The notes beneath the pieces were generated by a model. The model made no database searches and was not told the origin of the DNA. It saw nothing but the letters and a program-made list of their open reading frames with translations. The position numbers and the translations under genes are program-made. This document shows positions 42,669 to 53,097 of a stretch of DNA of 64,000 nucleotides, one piece after another. This DNA comes from a virus. Numbering within the stretch: the stretch's first letter is position 1; every line of letters starts with the position of its first letter. The stretch lies in IMG/VR virus record IMGVR_UViG_3300028840_000789, positions 3,687 through 67,686 of that record; one strand, written 5' to 3'.

Positions 42669-43925
42669 TTAAAATCCGAGCTTTTTACTATTAGCAATCC
42701 CCTCAAAGTCAAGAAGTGGAATACTACCACTACGGCTAGCACTTCCACCACTTCCTCCTCCAGGAGGAGTACGTTTACTATTATCTTTGTTAGCCTTACC
42801 AAACAGGAGCTTGCTTGTGTTTGTCACTATATTAGGTAGTTTGAAATCTTTGTACACAATATAGTCTAACCATAGTTTTTGTGCAAGCGTTAGCTTAGAA
42901 TATTTTTCATCAGACATAGTAGTTACACCATCAGACTTCACAACCTTACCAACATAGTTTTTGAAACCTTCGATGTCCGCAGTAGGAATCTTCAATCCAC
43001 CACCAAAATCATTCTTAGTAACGATCTCAATAGCTTGATTACGTTCCTGCTGTAATGCTTCAAGTTGTGCATCAACAGCAGCTTGTTCTTCCTTCTCATA
43101 CGCCTCAATCTGCGCATCAAAGTCCGCACTTAGCATTTGCTTGGCAGCTTCAGCAGTATCAGCCATCTTACCACCATCTTGGGCAGTCTTAACAATAGCT
43201 TCGATAGCTACGTCATCCACACCCTTTGATTTGTAAGCCTGACGAATCAACTGCTCATATACCTTAGTAACATTAGCTTTAGCTTTGTCATCCATCTCGT
43301 CGGTAATCTTTGGTAACTCATTGGCGAGTATGGCAGGCTTCTGCTGTCGCATGAACAAGCTTTGTATCGGGAGCTTCTTATCCAAGTGCTCCTTCACTTG
43401 CTTCAACATCGGTTGATCCTCGAAGTAGTTCTGTAACTTCTTCTCGAACGCAACTTCATCTCTCTTAGCTAAGTATGCTTGTAACCCTTCCATTGAGTTA
43501 TCAAACGTACCTTCCTCAAGGAAACCTTCAGCTTGCATCAACTGTAATACCGAGTTGTCCTTGCTAACGTAAGCCTCTACAGCTTCCGCATTATCTTCGA
43601 GGAACTTCTTCTCCTCGTCCGTGAGGTTCTCCTCACCTTTTTCAGCAAGCTCCGCTATACGAGCTTCCACTTCTGCACCATCATCTTGCTTTTGGGTAGC
43701 AACGAAATCTTTATGCTTCTCAAGAAGGGCCTTCTCTTCGTCACTGCGCTGATTTTCATCAACACCTAGCAATTGGGTGATCTGTTCCTTTAGCTGATCC
43801 GTCAGCTCATCTCCACCATCACCTGGTTCTTCCGGTGGATCTGGTGGTTCGGGTGATCCACCACCTAGTGGTTTCTTCACCTCAAAGGCAGCTAACTTTT
43901 CAATAGGAATTTCTGGGCCATCCAT
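42669..43925 (-). CDS. Scaffold-like acidic protein upstream of the MCP, 418 aa
   Basis: Very acidic and helical; conserved position between portal and MCP. Confidence 0.65.
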   Translation of the reverse strand: MDGPEIPIEKLAAFEVKKPLGGGSPEPPDPPEEPGDGGDELTDQLKEQITQLLGVDENQRSDEEKALLEKHKDFVATQKQDDGAEVEARIAELAEKGEENLTDEEKKFLEDNAEAVEAYVSKDNSVLQLMQAEGFLEEGTFDNSMEGLQAYLAKRDEVAFEKKLQNYFEDQPMLKQVKEHLDKKLPIQSLFMRQQKPAILANELPKITDEMDDKAKANVTKVYEQLIRQAYKSKGVDDVAIEAIVKTAQDGGKMADTAEAAKQMLSADFDAQIEAYEKEEQAAVDAQLEALQQERNQAIEIVTKNDFGGGLKIPTADIEGFKNYVGKVVKSDGVTTMSDEKYSKLTLAQKLWLDYIVYKDFKLPNIVTNTSKLLFGKANKDNSKRTPPGGGSGGSASRSGSIPLLDFEGIANSKKLGF

Positions 43926-43936
43926 AATATACTAGT

Positions 43937-46363
43937 TTATTTATCAAAACGGTTTTTATTCTCTTTCGCTATCTTGACCTTGTTGATCGAGTCCTGGTGT
44001 TTCTGAGCAATTTCGGAACGCTTAACATTAAGCTCTTCCCTCCGTGCTTGATTAGCTTCGAACTCCTTCTCAACGTCGGCTGTATCAACACCCTCGACGG
44101 GGGCTCCAGTAAGGGCACCAGCGAGTTGGCTATTGGCCTGTATGCTAGCAACCTCGATACGTGTTTGATTATCTTCATCAGTCTTATACTTCTGGAAGTC
44201 AAGTTTCTGTTGTTCAATAGCATTCTGTGCTTCAGCAGCAACTTGTTGTGCACGAGAAGCTTCAGCTTGCTGACTCTGTATTGCCTTCTCCATATCATCG
44301 AGTGATCTCATAAGAGCATCGAAGTTATTAGCCTGGAGAATCTTACCAACCATTGTTGGAGTAGCAGAGTTCTGAGCAAATGCTTGTGTGAGCTGTCGCA
44401 TCGTGTTCAACTTCTCACGCTCCTGCTTGTTACCTTTCACAAAGATAGATAGATCAACAGCAGCCATTTCAAGTGGAGCCACATCAAGCCAATTCAATTC
44501 ACCTTGAGGATTCAAGAACTGAGCCTTCTTACCTTCAGCCCACGCATACTTAGATAGATCAAGTAGACATTGGAAATCTCGCTCTAAGTAATCTTCTACC
44601 TGTAAGAACATCTCTTCCAGAATAAGACTACCTTGTGCAAGAGCGAACTGTGTATTACCAACATCGTCAGAGGCTTTGATGTCTGCCATCTTCTGCCTCG
44701 GTATTCCTGCGATCTCCATGTATTCCAATCGGATTGTCGTTGCAATATCATGCAGGAACTTAATATACTCTCTCATACTACCATCAAGAACCTTGAGAGC
44801 ATTGAGAGCTTGTAATTTCTTAGGATCAGATTCATCAACGAATAGATAACCATGATAGTCACCATAGTACATCATTGAGAACATATCGAGATCAGCTTCC
44901 GGATCGTCAGGTATAATACCATAAGGCATTACTGTCATCTTATCCTTATTTTTAGCCATAGTACGTTCCATCCTATACTTTATAATATTGTATAGTTCTT
45001 GGTGACTGCGACCTTTCTTAACTGGTGTGTTAGGTATCGCACCACGATTACCAAATACACGACCATTGTAAGGTAGCTTAGCCGAAGGCTTTTGAGCTGT
45101 ACCACGTTGTATTGGAAGAGGTCTGATATACTTGTAGAACCTATCGGCAATATTATAACCTTCCCATACTTCATCAACCCATTCCCATATAATCTCATCG
45201 CCCGGCATAGGTTTGTAATCTTCAGTAACTTCTATCGTTTGGCTCCCATCCCCCGTTAGGGATAGTGATGTGAGGAATCCAAGCTTTCGCTTTGACCTCC
45301 ATGTTACGTGACGTACCTCAACGCCATCATATCGAATATGCTTACGGTCAGCAAAGATGTTACCCATCAGTATGTTAACGGCACCTTCTCTACTGGTATA
45401 GTCCATATCAGTACTAGAGTAGTCGTACTTACTGTCAGCAGTAAAGCCACCATAGTGTGATTCAAGCCAATCAATCTCATCATCATCAAGCTCCTCTCGG
45501 AACTTATCAATCACATCACTCACTGTCATGCGTCGTAGTGACCAGGCTGCTTCACCGTCCTCTATGTACTCACAATGTTCATCCGCTATGTAGTCTATCT
45601 GCATTGGCGAATAGACATCAAATACTGTATCAGATCGGAAGACATCACGGAGCGTGTACATCCTACCTACAGTCAGGTAGTCGTACAAGAGCGTTCGTAT
45701 CTTCCTGTCAATCTCGTTGTAGTAGCGTATGTAGTCCAGGGAGTTCTGACCTTTAACAGTCATAGCATCCGGAATGTTCTCTGCTTTGTTCAAGGTCTCT
45801 TCCACCTTCATCATCATATCCTCCATCTGAGCAGGATCTTGCTCAAAGCCAGTAGAGATCTCACCGCCTGTTTGCAATGCCAGGTCATTCTGGAACTGCT
45901 GTATAATAACAGATCGGAGACTATCCTTAATCATAGCTTGTCGCCTATCCTCCACATCAGAGTTAGTAGCAACAACAGAAAAGCTAGTATCTCGCACCAC
46001 GAAGTCACCTATCATCCTGCTAATAACAGGACTAATGATATCGTAGTTACGCATCCTAGCAGGGTCACCTTGAAGCTGTGAGCGTTTACGTTGCTCGTTA
46101 CCATAAGGATACAATACGTGAGTATAATCATCCTCATCAAGTTCTCCAGAAGAGAGACGGTAGAGCACTCGCATCTCGTTCCGCATCTGGGGAGTAATCG
46201 TTGATTGGGCACCGAACCATTCAACGCAATGCATCCCCCACTCTTTCGTCTTCTTCGACTGGGGGATCTTCTGTGGAGGGCGTGCTGTTGTACGACCACC
46301 GATGTCACGGTCAAACTTCGTTCGACCAGGAGTTCCAATTCTATAGTTATCTGGTTTAGCCAT
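43937..46363 (-). CDS. Portal protein, 808 aa
   Basis: PPQKIP..KK..EW, NYDII.P.I....G, W.WV.EVWEG and KLPY.G motifs; coiled C-terminus; adjacent to TerL. Confidence 0.92.
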   Translation of the reverse strand: MAKPDNYRIGTPGRTKFDRDIGGRTTARPPQKIPQSKKTKEWGMHCVEWFGAQSTITPQMRNEMRVLYRLSSGELDEDDYTHVLYPYGNEQRKRSQLQGDPARMRNYDIISPVISRMIGDFVVRDTSFSVVATNSDVEDRRQAMIKDSLRSVIIQQFQNDLALQTGGEISTGFEQDPAQMEDMMMKVEETLNKAENIPDAMTVKGQNSLDYIRYYNEIDRKIRTLLYDYLTVGRMYTLRDVFRSDTVFDVYSPMQIDYIADEHCEYIEDGEAAWSLRRMTVSDVIDKFREELDDDEIDWLESHYGGFTADSKYDYSSTDMDYTSREGAVNILMGNIFADRKHIRYDGVEVRHVTWRSKRKLGFLTSLSLTGDGSQTIEVTEDYKPMPGDEIIWEWVDEVWEGYNIADRFYKYIRPLPIQRGTAQKPSAKLPYNGRVFGNRGAIPNTPVKKGRSHQELYNIIKYRMERTMAKNKDKMTVMPYGIIPDDPEADLDMFSMMYYGDYHGYLFVDESDPKKLQALNALKVLDGSMREYIKFLHDIATTIRLEYMEIAGIPRQKMADIKASDDVGNTQFALAQGSLILEEMFLQVEDYLERDFQCLLDLSKYAWAEGKKAQFLNPQGELNWLDVAPLEMAAVDLSIFVKGNKQEREKLNTMRQLTQAFAQNSATPTMVGKILQANNFDALMRSLDDMEKAIQSQQAEASRAQQVAAEAQNAIEQQKLDFQKYKTDEDNQTRIEVASIQANSQLAGALTGAPVEGVDTADVEKEFEANQARREELNVKRSEIAQKHQDSINKVKIAKENKNRFDK

Positions 46364-48489
46364 TACGCACAGAGTTTTGTTCCGAAGAACTTCCTAACAG
46401 ATTCTTTATGTTTACGCGCGCTTGCTACACGTGTTTGATACTCAAGCTCTTTCATATGATACATACCTATCTTTAACGCAGAAACACGGTCAAAGTTTCC
46501 TTTGCCGTACATTATAAGCTCTTTCAATAGTCCGGGGTCGTTTATCATGTGGAGGTTCTTGACAACCTTTCCATCAGCGGTTACGTGTCTGACCTCATTT
46601 AAGAAGTCTCGAATAAAGACATCACCAGTACGACTCTTCTTATTCTCACGACCACCAGCGATACTCATCCCATAACCACGTCCCAAGTTGTTTTGCATTG
46701 TATCAGTCCAGCCAAATTGGAACTCGGGTTCGAGATATTTAAAGAGATGCTTATTTCTTTTAGCATATCCAACTACATCACCACGGTCATTCTCAATACC
46801 TATCTTAGCATTATAGTACATGGCCAAATCAAACAACCGTTTGTTGTAAGTGTCCATGTCCTCCGGACGACCAATATAACTAGCAACGATAAGATCACCC
46901 GCTTCAAAACCCGGAACGATATTGTTCGGGTTCATCAGCACATACGTTACACCGAGAGATTCAGTATTAGTACTCTTATCAAAGTCATAAGGGTCATGGC
47001 ATATAATATACAAATCTTCTGGCACAAATCCACCTATTTTATAAGGAGGAAAATACTGCACAATAGCACCCTCATAACTAGTAAGATCTTTATGAGGATA
47101 TTGTAGTATAGGCTTTAATGTAAGATCAGGCCAAAAACGAAGTTCCCCGTTTTGATCTACTCTAAGAGTACCGGAAGTTCCGTGTCTCCAAAGTTGATTA
47201 GACTCAACTGTACGTAGGTGCTCTTCCAGCTCCTCTACAGGGAAGATGTTACTACGAGCACGAGAGAAAGCTTCACTTGGTGTGAGTGCTTCCTCCATCT
47301 TGTGTCTACGTAACAGTTCCGGGTCTTGAGTAGATTGTGCTATCTTAGTTCGTATAGACTCTTGGAAAGTATAAGCAGTCTTACGATCACTATTGCCTTG
47401 CTTATCAATGAAACCAATCTTATTCAGATCATCAGGAAAGAAGTAACCACCCCAAGTACCTTGGGCACCCTTGTCCCAGTCGTTGTGTATCCGCATGAAA
47501 TTGTTAGCAGCGGGGCCATAGAAGTTATCCTCGAACGTCTCCCAGTTAGTGTTGTCACCACCACCAGTACCAAAGAGGAGGAGGATTCCGGTAGTATAGA
47601 TACCGTCCTTTAGTGTAGGAAGAGTGGAGGCTAGAGTAGCAGCTAGGTTCGGCCACTTACCAGCTTCTTCCATTAGGATGAGGGTTGCATCCTTACCACG
47701 AAGTGCATCAGGATTATCTCTACAAGTAGATGAAATAATCTGACTCTTATAACCCTTTTCTATTTCAACACCATCAAGTACAAGCTTATATGCATCTTTC
47801 TGGTGGTCAATTCTATCAATAGTTTTACGACGTCTCCAACTAGTAAATTCGTTGTAGAAGTCCACATACTTGTCCACCATAGCAGTAGTACCTTCCGGAT
47901 AAAGGTAGGCACTATCATATGCTCCAATAACAGATATACTATCAGGCTCTCTCTTAAAACGATTTGCTGCAACAGCCGCATTCTTGTATGAGAAACCTTT
48001 ACGACGGGCTTTGCCTACAATAACATGCTTACCACCATATATGTCATCAGGATGGACTGTTACCATCATCTGAAGCTTCTCGATGTACTTTTTACTAGCT
48101 CCCCATCTGGCAATATCTAATATATGGAAGTAGTCATAGTCACCATCCCAAAAGTCAGGAAAGGTTACAATCTTCTTTCCCGCCCGTTGGTTCATGTTCT
48201 TCATCTCCTTACGACTAACCAGACCTTCATAGTTCTGATTAGCAGTAAGCTTGATCTGACTAAAGTTTAGATAGTTATAATGATCTCCAGTAATTCTGAC
48301 CCCACCAACACTATATCCCTGTATACACCTCCGCTCTTGCTCCTTCCAGTAGGTCTGGTACTCAGAATAGGGATCACGGGATACTGGGGCATTAGTATAG
48401 TATCCATACTTCTCGAATGTACGAGCTTCTTCACGAAAGACCTCACTGTTAATCCATATACCATCAGGATTTCTTATATCATGATTCAT
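46363..48489 (-). CDS. terL: Terminase large subunit, 708 aa
   Basis: Walker A KARRKGFS; Walker B LILMEEAG; FGTGG coupling motif; nuclease DPY and NFDRVSA motifs. Confidence 0.95.
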   Translation of the reverse strand: MNHDIRNPDGIWINSEVFREEARTFEKYGYYTNAPVSRDPYSEYQTYWKEQERRCIQGYSVGGVRITGDHYNYLNFSQIKLTANQNYEGLVSRKEMKNMNQRAGKKIVTFPDFWDGDYDYFHILDIARWGASKKYIEKLQMMVTVHPDDIYGGKHVIVGKARRKGFSYKNAAVAANRFKREPDSISVIGAYDSAYLYPEGTTAMVDKYVDFYNEFTSWRRRKTIDRIDHQKDAYKLVLDGVEIEKGYKSQIISSTCRDNPDALRGKDATLILMEEAGKWPNLAATLASTLPTLKDGIYTTGILLLFGTGGGDNTNWETFEDNFYGPAANNFMRIHNDWDKGAQGTWGGYFFPDDLNKIGFIDKQGNSDRKTAYTFQESIRTKIAQSTQDPELLRRHKMEEALTPSEAFSRARSNIFPVEELEEHLRTVESNQLWRHGTSGTLRVDQNGELRFWPDLTLKPILQYPHKDLTSYEGAIVQYFPPYKIGGFVPEDLYIICHDPYDFDKSTNTESLGVTYVLMNPNNIVPGFEAGDLIVASYIGRPEDMDTYNKRLFDLAMYYNAKIGIENDRGDVVGYAKRNKHLFKYLEPEFQFGWTDTMQNNLGRGYGMSIAGGRENKKSRTGDVFIRDFLNEVRHVTADGKVVKNLHMINDPGLLKELIMYGKGNFDRVSALKIGMYHMKELEYQTRVASARKHKESVRKFFGTKLCA

Positions 48490-48777
48490 CTATGACATTG
48501 ATTTTAAACCCATATCGTTGTCCCGCTTATATCGTTGGATCTTGTCAGCTATCTGCTTTGGTGAACCAAGTACTGTAACGAGACTACCGTTATAGTAATG
48601 AATAATAGTTTTAGGCCGAGGATCATCACCAAACCACTGTCCACTATCGTTATTCTCTTCAAGAGCTTGAATAGCATGTACAGGGTCTTGCACAATATAG
48701 GAAGTAACCTCAGTAGGACCGTATGTTTTGTCAGCCCTCTGTGCTCGTGATATCCTCTCTAGCTTTAACATAGTCAT
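48490..48777 (-). CDS. Hypothetical protein (~95 aa)
   Basis: ORF abutting terL; start uncertain. Confidence 0.5.
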   Translation of the reverse strand: MTMLKLERISRAQRADKTYGPTEVTSYIVQDPVHAIQALEENNDSGQWFGDDPRPKTIIHYYNGSLVTVLGSPKQIADKIQRYKRDNDMGLKSMS

Positions 48778-49366
48778 TATAAGTTTTACGATCTGGATCT
48801 TCAAAAACATTTTTAACTCCCCCTCCTTTCATACGACCTCCGCTTGCGCCAAGTCGTAGAGCTTCAATCATCTCTTCAAGGTTGTTCTTAATCTGCTTAA
48901 CTTCTTTCAGTGCCCTAAGCACCTCCGTCGGTCTATAAAGGAAATTACCTTTACTATCCCGCTTATCATAATCAACATTCTCAAAATATGTTATAGTTGC
49001 ATTTGCAGCAGCATAGGCTGAACGAAGTAGACGAACATCGGTTTCCTGATCCATGAACCAGCGATAAACCTCTATCGCTTCCTTCACCTTCTTGTCAGGC
49101 TTCCAATCTGTCAGCTTCAACCGCTCTCTTACCTCAGCATCTCGATCATCCCATTGTGTGTCCAATGGATACTTCTCGATTGCCCATGACTTGTAGTGTA
49201 CCATGTAGTGTACGTACAGGAACTCCTGTAGTACGTTTGATTCGGCTTTTGCCGCACTAACACCTCCGCGTCTCTGACGTGCGAAGAGTTCCTTAAACTC
49301 CGGCAGACACTTGGCCTCCTTGTTTGGAACGGGCCGCCCGTTCTCGTCTTCGATAACTAGATCCAT
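48731..49366 (-). CDS. Conserved protein upstream of terL; possible terminase small subunit, 211 aa
   Basis: E..Y...M.....S and WKPD..V.EAI..Y pattern with a C-terminal GG; position; function inferred. Confidence 0.45.
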   Translation of the reverse strand: MDLVIEDENGRPVPNKEAKCLPEFKELFARQRRGGVSAAKAESNVLQEFLYVHYMVHYKSWAIEKYPLDTQWDDRDAEVRERLKLTDWKPDKKVKEAIEVYRWFMDQETDVRLLRSAYAAANATITYFENVDYDKRDSKGNFLYRPTEVLRALKEVKQIKNNLEEMIEALRLGASGGRMKGGGVKNVFEDPDRKTYNDYVKAREDITSTEG

Positions 49367-49514
49367 TCTTATTACGCTTTACAAACTTACCAATATATGG
49401 TAGCCTAACTGGATCTTCACCTTCTTCCATCTGTGTCTGGACTTCTCTGAAGAAATGTTCGACTATTCTTTTCTCAATACTTTCATGCACCAGGTGCTCT
49501 ACGTGCTTTACCAT
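49293..49514 (-). CDS. Small HU/IHF-like protein, 73 aa
   Basis: Amphipathic helix followed by VRLPYIGKF. Confidence 0.45.
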   Translation of the reverse strand: MVKHVEHLVHESIEKRIVEHFFREVQTQMEEGEDPVRLPYIGKFVKRNKNGSSYRRRERAARSKQGGQVSAGV

Positions 49515-49677
49515 AGTTTACCAACTTAAACTCAAGGCGGTACTTCTCACCTTCCATGTTCGCTATATTATACATAAGAATGAGTTTCTCCTGCCGTGCG
49601 AACGCTCGTGCCCAATCTATCAGGTACATTACCTCCTGCATCGTATCGAAGATCTCATTAGTACGTATTTGTGTCAT
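49483..49677 (-). CDS. Hypothetical protein (~64 aa)
   Basis: ORF; start re-assigned to MTQIR, downstream of the terminator/promoter-like motif. Confidence 0.5.
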   Translation of the reverse strand: MTQIRTNEIFDTMQEVMYLIDWARAFARQEKLILMYNIANMEGEKYRLEFKLVNYGKARRAPGA

Positions 49678-49702
49678 ACACCTATTATATATAATAGTAA
49701 CG

Positions 49703-49724
49703 AAAAAAGCCACATTAAGTGGCT
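49703..49724 (-). terminator. Intrinsic terminator
   Basis: Minus strand AGCCAC-TTAAT-GTGGCT-TTTTT at the stop of the 49715-49987 ORF. Confidence 0.6.
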
Positions 49725-49987
49725 ATAAATTTTGTATAATTACAAGTAACACATCTAGTAGCAGTCCTACCACTAGCCATTCGTATTCGCTCATGAGTTG
49801 TGGGGCCTGCGCACTTCCCGCAATAGTGGTAGAGGTCTTTAGCTCTAGTCACTATATATCTCTCCTTTAGTGTAACACTAGGAGGTAGTTGTTCAGCGTT
49901 ATCTTTCAAAGCGCGGATCAGCCTCTTATGTCGAGGCTGATCTTGTTTGCGCTTGATAACTTTATTCAAGAGAGATGTCCTTGCCAT
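49715..49987 (-). CDS. Basic Zn-ribbon protein, 90 aa
   Basis: CGKC...CVTC motif. Confidence 0.55.
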   Translation of the reverse strand: MARTSLLNKVIKRKQDQPRHKRLIRALKDNAEQLPPSVTLKERYIVTRAKDLYHYCGKCAGPTTHERIRMASGRTATRCVTCNYTKFIAT

Positions 49988-50405
49988 CGCTACCTACGAT
50001 TCCAAGAGTATTCTTTCTTAACTGTTCCTTATTCTCAGCAGCTTTTTCCTTAGCCTTGTCAGCGCGCTCCTGCACTTCTTTCTTGTAGGCTTCCAGATCA
50101 AACCCATCCGGAGCAAACCCACATACATCTTCCGCACGGTTAAGCGAGTAGAAATGGCCTTTAATGTTGACCACACTAATATCACTATACGGTGCGAGAT
50201 ATACATAAGTACCAACGGTGATTCCAAGATCTTCTGCATACCGACTAGTTGCTACTACGCGATACGCCACTTCTGGCTTGGCATCCTCAAGTACTTGGGC
50301 TATCCCATCTTTGAGTAAGATTAGACCTCCTTTAGTAACTTCCTCCTTCTCCAGGTCTAACAGGATGAAGGGATTAATAGGTTTATAATTCAGGTTTGTG
50401 TCCAT
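49962..50405 (-). CDS. GroES-like co-chaperonin (~147 aa)
   Basis: KP....ILL....EEVTKGGLIL...VVA.....VG..V......DV.G Cpn10 pattern; extra charged C-terminal tail. Confidence 0.7.
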   Translation of the reverse strand: MDTNLNYKPINPFILLDLEKEEVTKGGLILLKDGIAQVLEDAKPEVAYRVVATSRYAEDLGITVGTYVYLAPYSDISVVNIKGHFYSLNRAEDVCGFAPDGFDLEAYKKEVQERADKAKEKAAENKEQLRKNTLGIVGSDGKDISLE

Positions 50406-50823
50406 CAGGTATTGATTTAAGAAGTTGTTCAGTAGCTTCAATAATCTGGTCGTCTATCTTCCGCAACGCTTCTTCGACCTCGCTATCGTCACCAGTAAAG
50501 TACATCGTATTATACATATTGTAGAGAAAATTCTGTCTCAGAGAATGTACTGAAATAACGTTAAGGAGCTGATGCCAAACCACCCCTGTAGGAACTACGG
50601 TTGTCACACCGCCTGCAAGCGTGTAGAGCAGACCCCGCACCTCATATAAGTTTTTGAGATGGATTGTATCCGCTACGAACTTCATGTGTTCCTTTTTAAC
50701 AGGTGGTTCAGCACGACGCGTCTCAACGGTAGTCTTTCCTTTCACCTCCTCTAACGTCACTTGCTTAACACGAGGACGTGGTTCAACCTTCTCTGTACTT
50801 TTCCTTGCACTATTGAACGCCAT
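50383..50823 (-). CDS. Hypothetical protein (~146 aa)
   Basis: ORF; start MAFNS overlaps the upstream stop (TAATG). Confidence 0.55.
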   Translation of the reverse strand: MAFNSARKSTEKVEPRPRVKQVTLEEVKGKTTVETRRAEPPVKKEHMKFVADTIHLKNLYEVRGLLYTLAGGVTTVVPTGVVWHQLLNVISVHSLRQNFLYNMYNTMYFTGDDSEVEEALRKIDDQIIEATEQLLKSIPDGHKPEL

Positions 50824-51284
50824 TAGAGAACTAGTATTAATGATATGAGATACAGCATTCCACCAATTGAAGCAATACGCCACCTAGCTGTCCAGCTCAA
50901 GTTGATCTTAGCTGTACTCGTATTACTAGGATTAGCTTTAAAACCGGCAGGATAAGGTAACGCGGCTCCATCTTCATTAGCAATCCTATTACGCGCCATG
51001 TAGTACGACCCATTATGTATAAATGAGTACGTAAACACTAACGGCAACAGTACGATTGCCATAAGTATAGGAGTACCAGTAAAGGCTCCCACACCACCAG
51101 CTACGAAGCCGAACAATAAGATTGCGGCTCGCATAGCAACTAACATAACATGCTCGTTCTTACGAATACCTTTATCATAAGAATCGGCTCCTTGTCTCGC
51201 CCATATAAGAGCGTCGTTTTCGCCCATTAACCACCAGATAGCATTACCTAGTATAAACAGACTGATCATTAGAAAAACATCCAT
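50823..51284 (-). CDS. Multi-pass membrane protein, 153 aa
   Basis: About four hydrophobic segments; H.G.YY..RN motif. Confidence 0.6.
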   Translation of the reverse strand: MDVFLMISLFILGNAIWWLMGENDALIWARQGADSYDKGIRKNEHVMLVAMRAAILLFGFVAGGVGAFTGTPILMAIVLLPLVFTYSFIHNGSYYMARNRIANEDGAALPYPAGFKANPSNTSTAKINLSWTARWRIASIGGMLYLISLILVL

Positions 51285-51286
51285 AA

Positions 51287-51439
51287 CTATTTACTATATC
51301 GTTTTCTTGGTTCACCATCAAATAAAGGAGTGTACTTTATAGTAAGACGATTACCGTTACTATATTGAGCACTACTACCCCAGTACTTACCATCTTTAGT
51401 AAAGATGTACCAAATGCAGAGAGCGTGTTTTACTTCCAT
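51287..51439 (-). CDS. 50-aa hypothetical protein (MEVKHALCIWYIF...)
   Basis: Translated by hand; fills the gap between neighbouring genes exactly. Confidence 0.45.
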   Translation of the reverse strand: MEVKHALCIWYIFTKDGKYWGSSAQYSNGNRLTIKYTPLFDGEPRKRYSK

Positions 51440-51750
51440 TCTATTCCAAGTTTATCACAACGTTCCTTTAAAGCCTCAAGACCAGCACTACCGCATACTA
51501 CCTCCCATCCGTCTCCTTCACTAGTCATTACTGCTCTAAACGCATCATCATCAAGTGCTAGAAAGAAGGCCACTCCCCAGACCTGGATCTTTGGGGGTGG
51601 TCGGTTGAGTATATCGTCTACGAGTTCCTCAAAGATCTCGTCTAATATCTCCCTAGTTAGCTTCGGATACACTTTATTATCCTTCGCTATCTGAGCCATC
51701 AAACCTTTACCATAAGGTACATTAGCTTCATCCTCTATCCCCAGTGCCAT
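51430..51750 (-). CDS. Hypothetical protein (~106 aa)
   Basis: ORF in an operon-like run; start uncertain. Confidence 0.5.
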   Translation of the reverse strand: MALGIEDEANVPYGKGLMAQIAKDNKVYPKLTREILDEIFEELVDDILNRPPPKIQVWGVAFFLALDDDAFRAVMTSEGDGWEVVCGSAGLEALKERCDKLGIEWK

Positions 51751-52099
51751 ACCAGATTGTATTTTCAATACGTTCAAACAATTCCTGTGCTTTTTCATCA
51801 AACTTAGGAAGAGCCGCATGCCACATCTCTATTAGTTCAGCAGCAGAATATATCTTCCTAAGATGATCAAGTTCATCATCACAAGAGAGGAATAGACGAC
51901 CAAGCTTTTTACCATTTACTTCTAAGGTCGGACCAATAATAACCCTCTCTTTTTTGATCTCTTCATGATCATGTTCACAAATTGGGGCATGTGCACCAGT
52001 AGTCCTCTCGACCATGTGACCACATACATCACATACATATGTACCAATGACCGGCCCCTTATCACGACGTCTAGCTACTAATCTCATTATAGTTCCCAT
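51728..52099 (-). CDS. Hypothetical protein with a Zn-ribbon (CDVC...C), 123 aa
   Basis: GTYVCDVCGH...PIC motif. Confidence 0.55.
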   Translation of the reverse strand: MGTIMRLVARRRDKGPVIGTYVCDVCGHMVERTTGAHAPICEHDHEEIKKERVIIGPTLEVNGKKLGRLFLSCDDELDHLRKIYSAAELIEMWHAALPKFDEKAQELFERIENTIWYGTGDRG

Positions 52100-52314
52100 T
52101 TGTTTCTTCCACTAGCTTGATCTAACATCTGTAATGCTTCTGCGAGCTTCCTCACGTCTGGATCTTTGAATTGACCGTAGTTCTTTATGTTCTCCTTCTT
52201 GATCACATTCAATACTAAAAGACGTGCAGCCTCAATAACCTCAACGTAACCAACTGGTACACGAACAGGTTCAAAACCTTCATATATAGGTACATGATCA
52301 TCCTTCGGTACCAT
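52087..52314 (-). CDS. Hypothetical protein, 75 aa
   Basis: ORF overlapping both neighbours. Confidence 0.5.
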   Translation of the reverse strand: MVPKDDHVPIYEGFEPVRVPVGYVEVIEAARLLVLNVIKKENIKNYGQFKDPDVRKLAEALQMLDQASGRNKWEL

Positions 52315-52867
52315 AATTATGATCTAGTTCTATAACATCAAAATCAATACGACTTAGTAATTCTGCAGTATGGATCTTGTACCAATCCTTAAACATAAAC
52401 TTCCATACCCAGGCTGCAAACTCCGAGCAGTATAGCTTCTTGATTGCTTTATCACCTTTGGGGCCTATCCATAGTATACCAAGTGTAAGAATATGTATAG
52501 CTTGCGTAAGAAGTGCCCAGAAATCATAAGGTGTACCTACAGCATCAAGCATCTTCTTACGATCTCCTGGTAAAAGCTCAGCACCGATAGGTCGTATAAC
52601 CATCCACTCTTTCCTCCCGTAACCTGTCCATACTTCATACCGCCTCATGGTTAAACCTTTAGCAACAGCATCTATAACATAGGGCACACCAGTAGTGCTT
52701 ACATAAATAACACCACTATGATTCCATCTGGCCCACATACGTTTCCGTACGTCTAACCATTGAAAGATGCGAATCATCAGTGACAAGTACGTGAGAGGCT
52801 TGTTCCATCGGAATTTAGTATGCTCTATTACTATGTCACCAGTTTTAAGTTCTTTAAAATTCATCAT
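52298..52867 (-). CDS. Permuted papain-like (NlpC/P60 superfamily, YaeF/YiiX-type) amidase/hydrolase, 189 aa
   Basis: LKTGDIV, WNHSG (His), GTPYDF and LYCSEF (Cys) in permuted order. Confidence 0.85.
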   Translation of the reverse strand: MMNFKELKTGDIVIEHTKFRWNKPLTYLSLMIRIFQWLDVRKRMWARWNHSGVIYVSTTGVPYVIDAVAKGLTMRRYEVWTGYGRKEWMVIRPIGAELLPGDRKKMLDAVGTPYDFWALLTQAIHILTLGILWIGPKGDKAIKKLYCSEFAAWVWKFMFKDWYKIHTAELLSRIDFDVIELDHNYGTEG

Positions 52868-53097
52868 GATCTCTTTTTCTTAGGGTTACAATAACTACAT
52901 AATACAGGAGGAGCAGGCTGCGGATCAGCTTCATGCTCACCAAGCACTTCTATCCGCTTCATAAACTTCATGAACTCGTCATGTTCGAGCTTGTTGAAGT
53001 AATACATCTTTTCGTTGATGCGTACAGGTATCTTAGGTTCTAAACTCATTTCCATATACTTAACCACCGTACACCAAATGACAGCAAACCAATCCAT
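52864..53097 (-). CDS. Hypothetical protein with C-terminal CxxC
   Basis: ORF; start uncertain. Confidence 0.45.
   Translation of the reverse strand: MDWFAVIWCTVVKYMEMSLEPKIPVRINEKMYYFNKLEHDEFMKFMKRIEVLGEHEADPQPAPPVLCSYCNPKKKRS

Noticed and set aside
46363-48489. Intron or intein in terL (common in this phage group)
   Set aside because: The ORF is continuous and of normal length, with no intein or homing-endonuclease motifs seen
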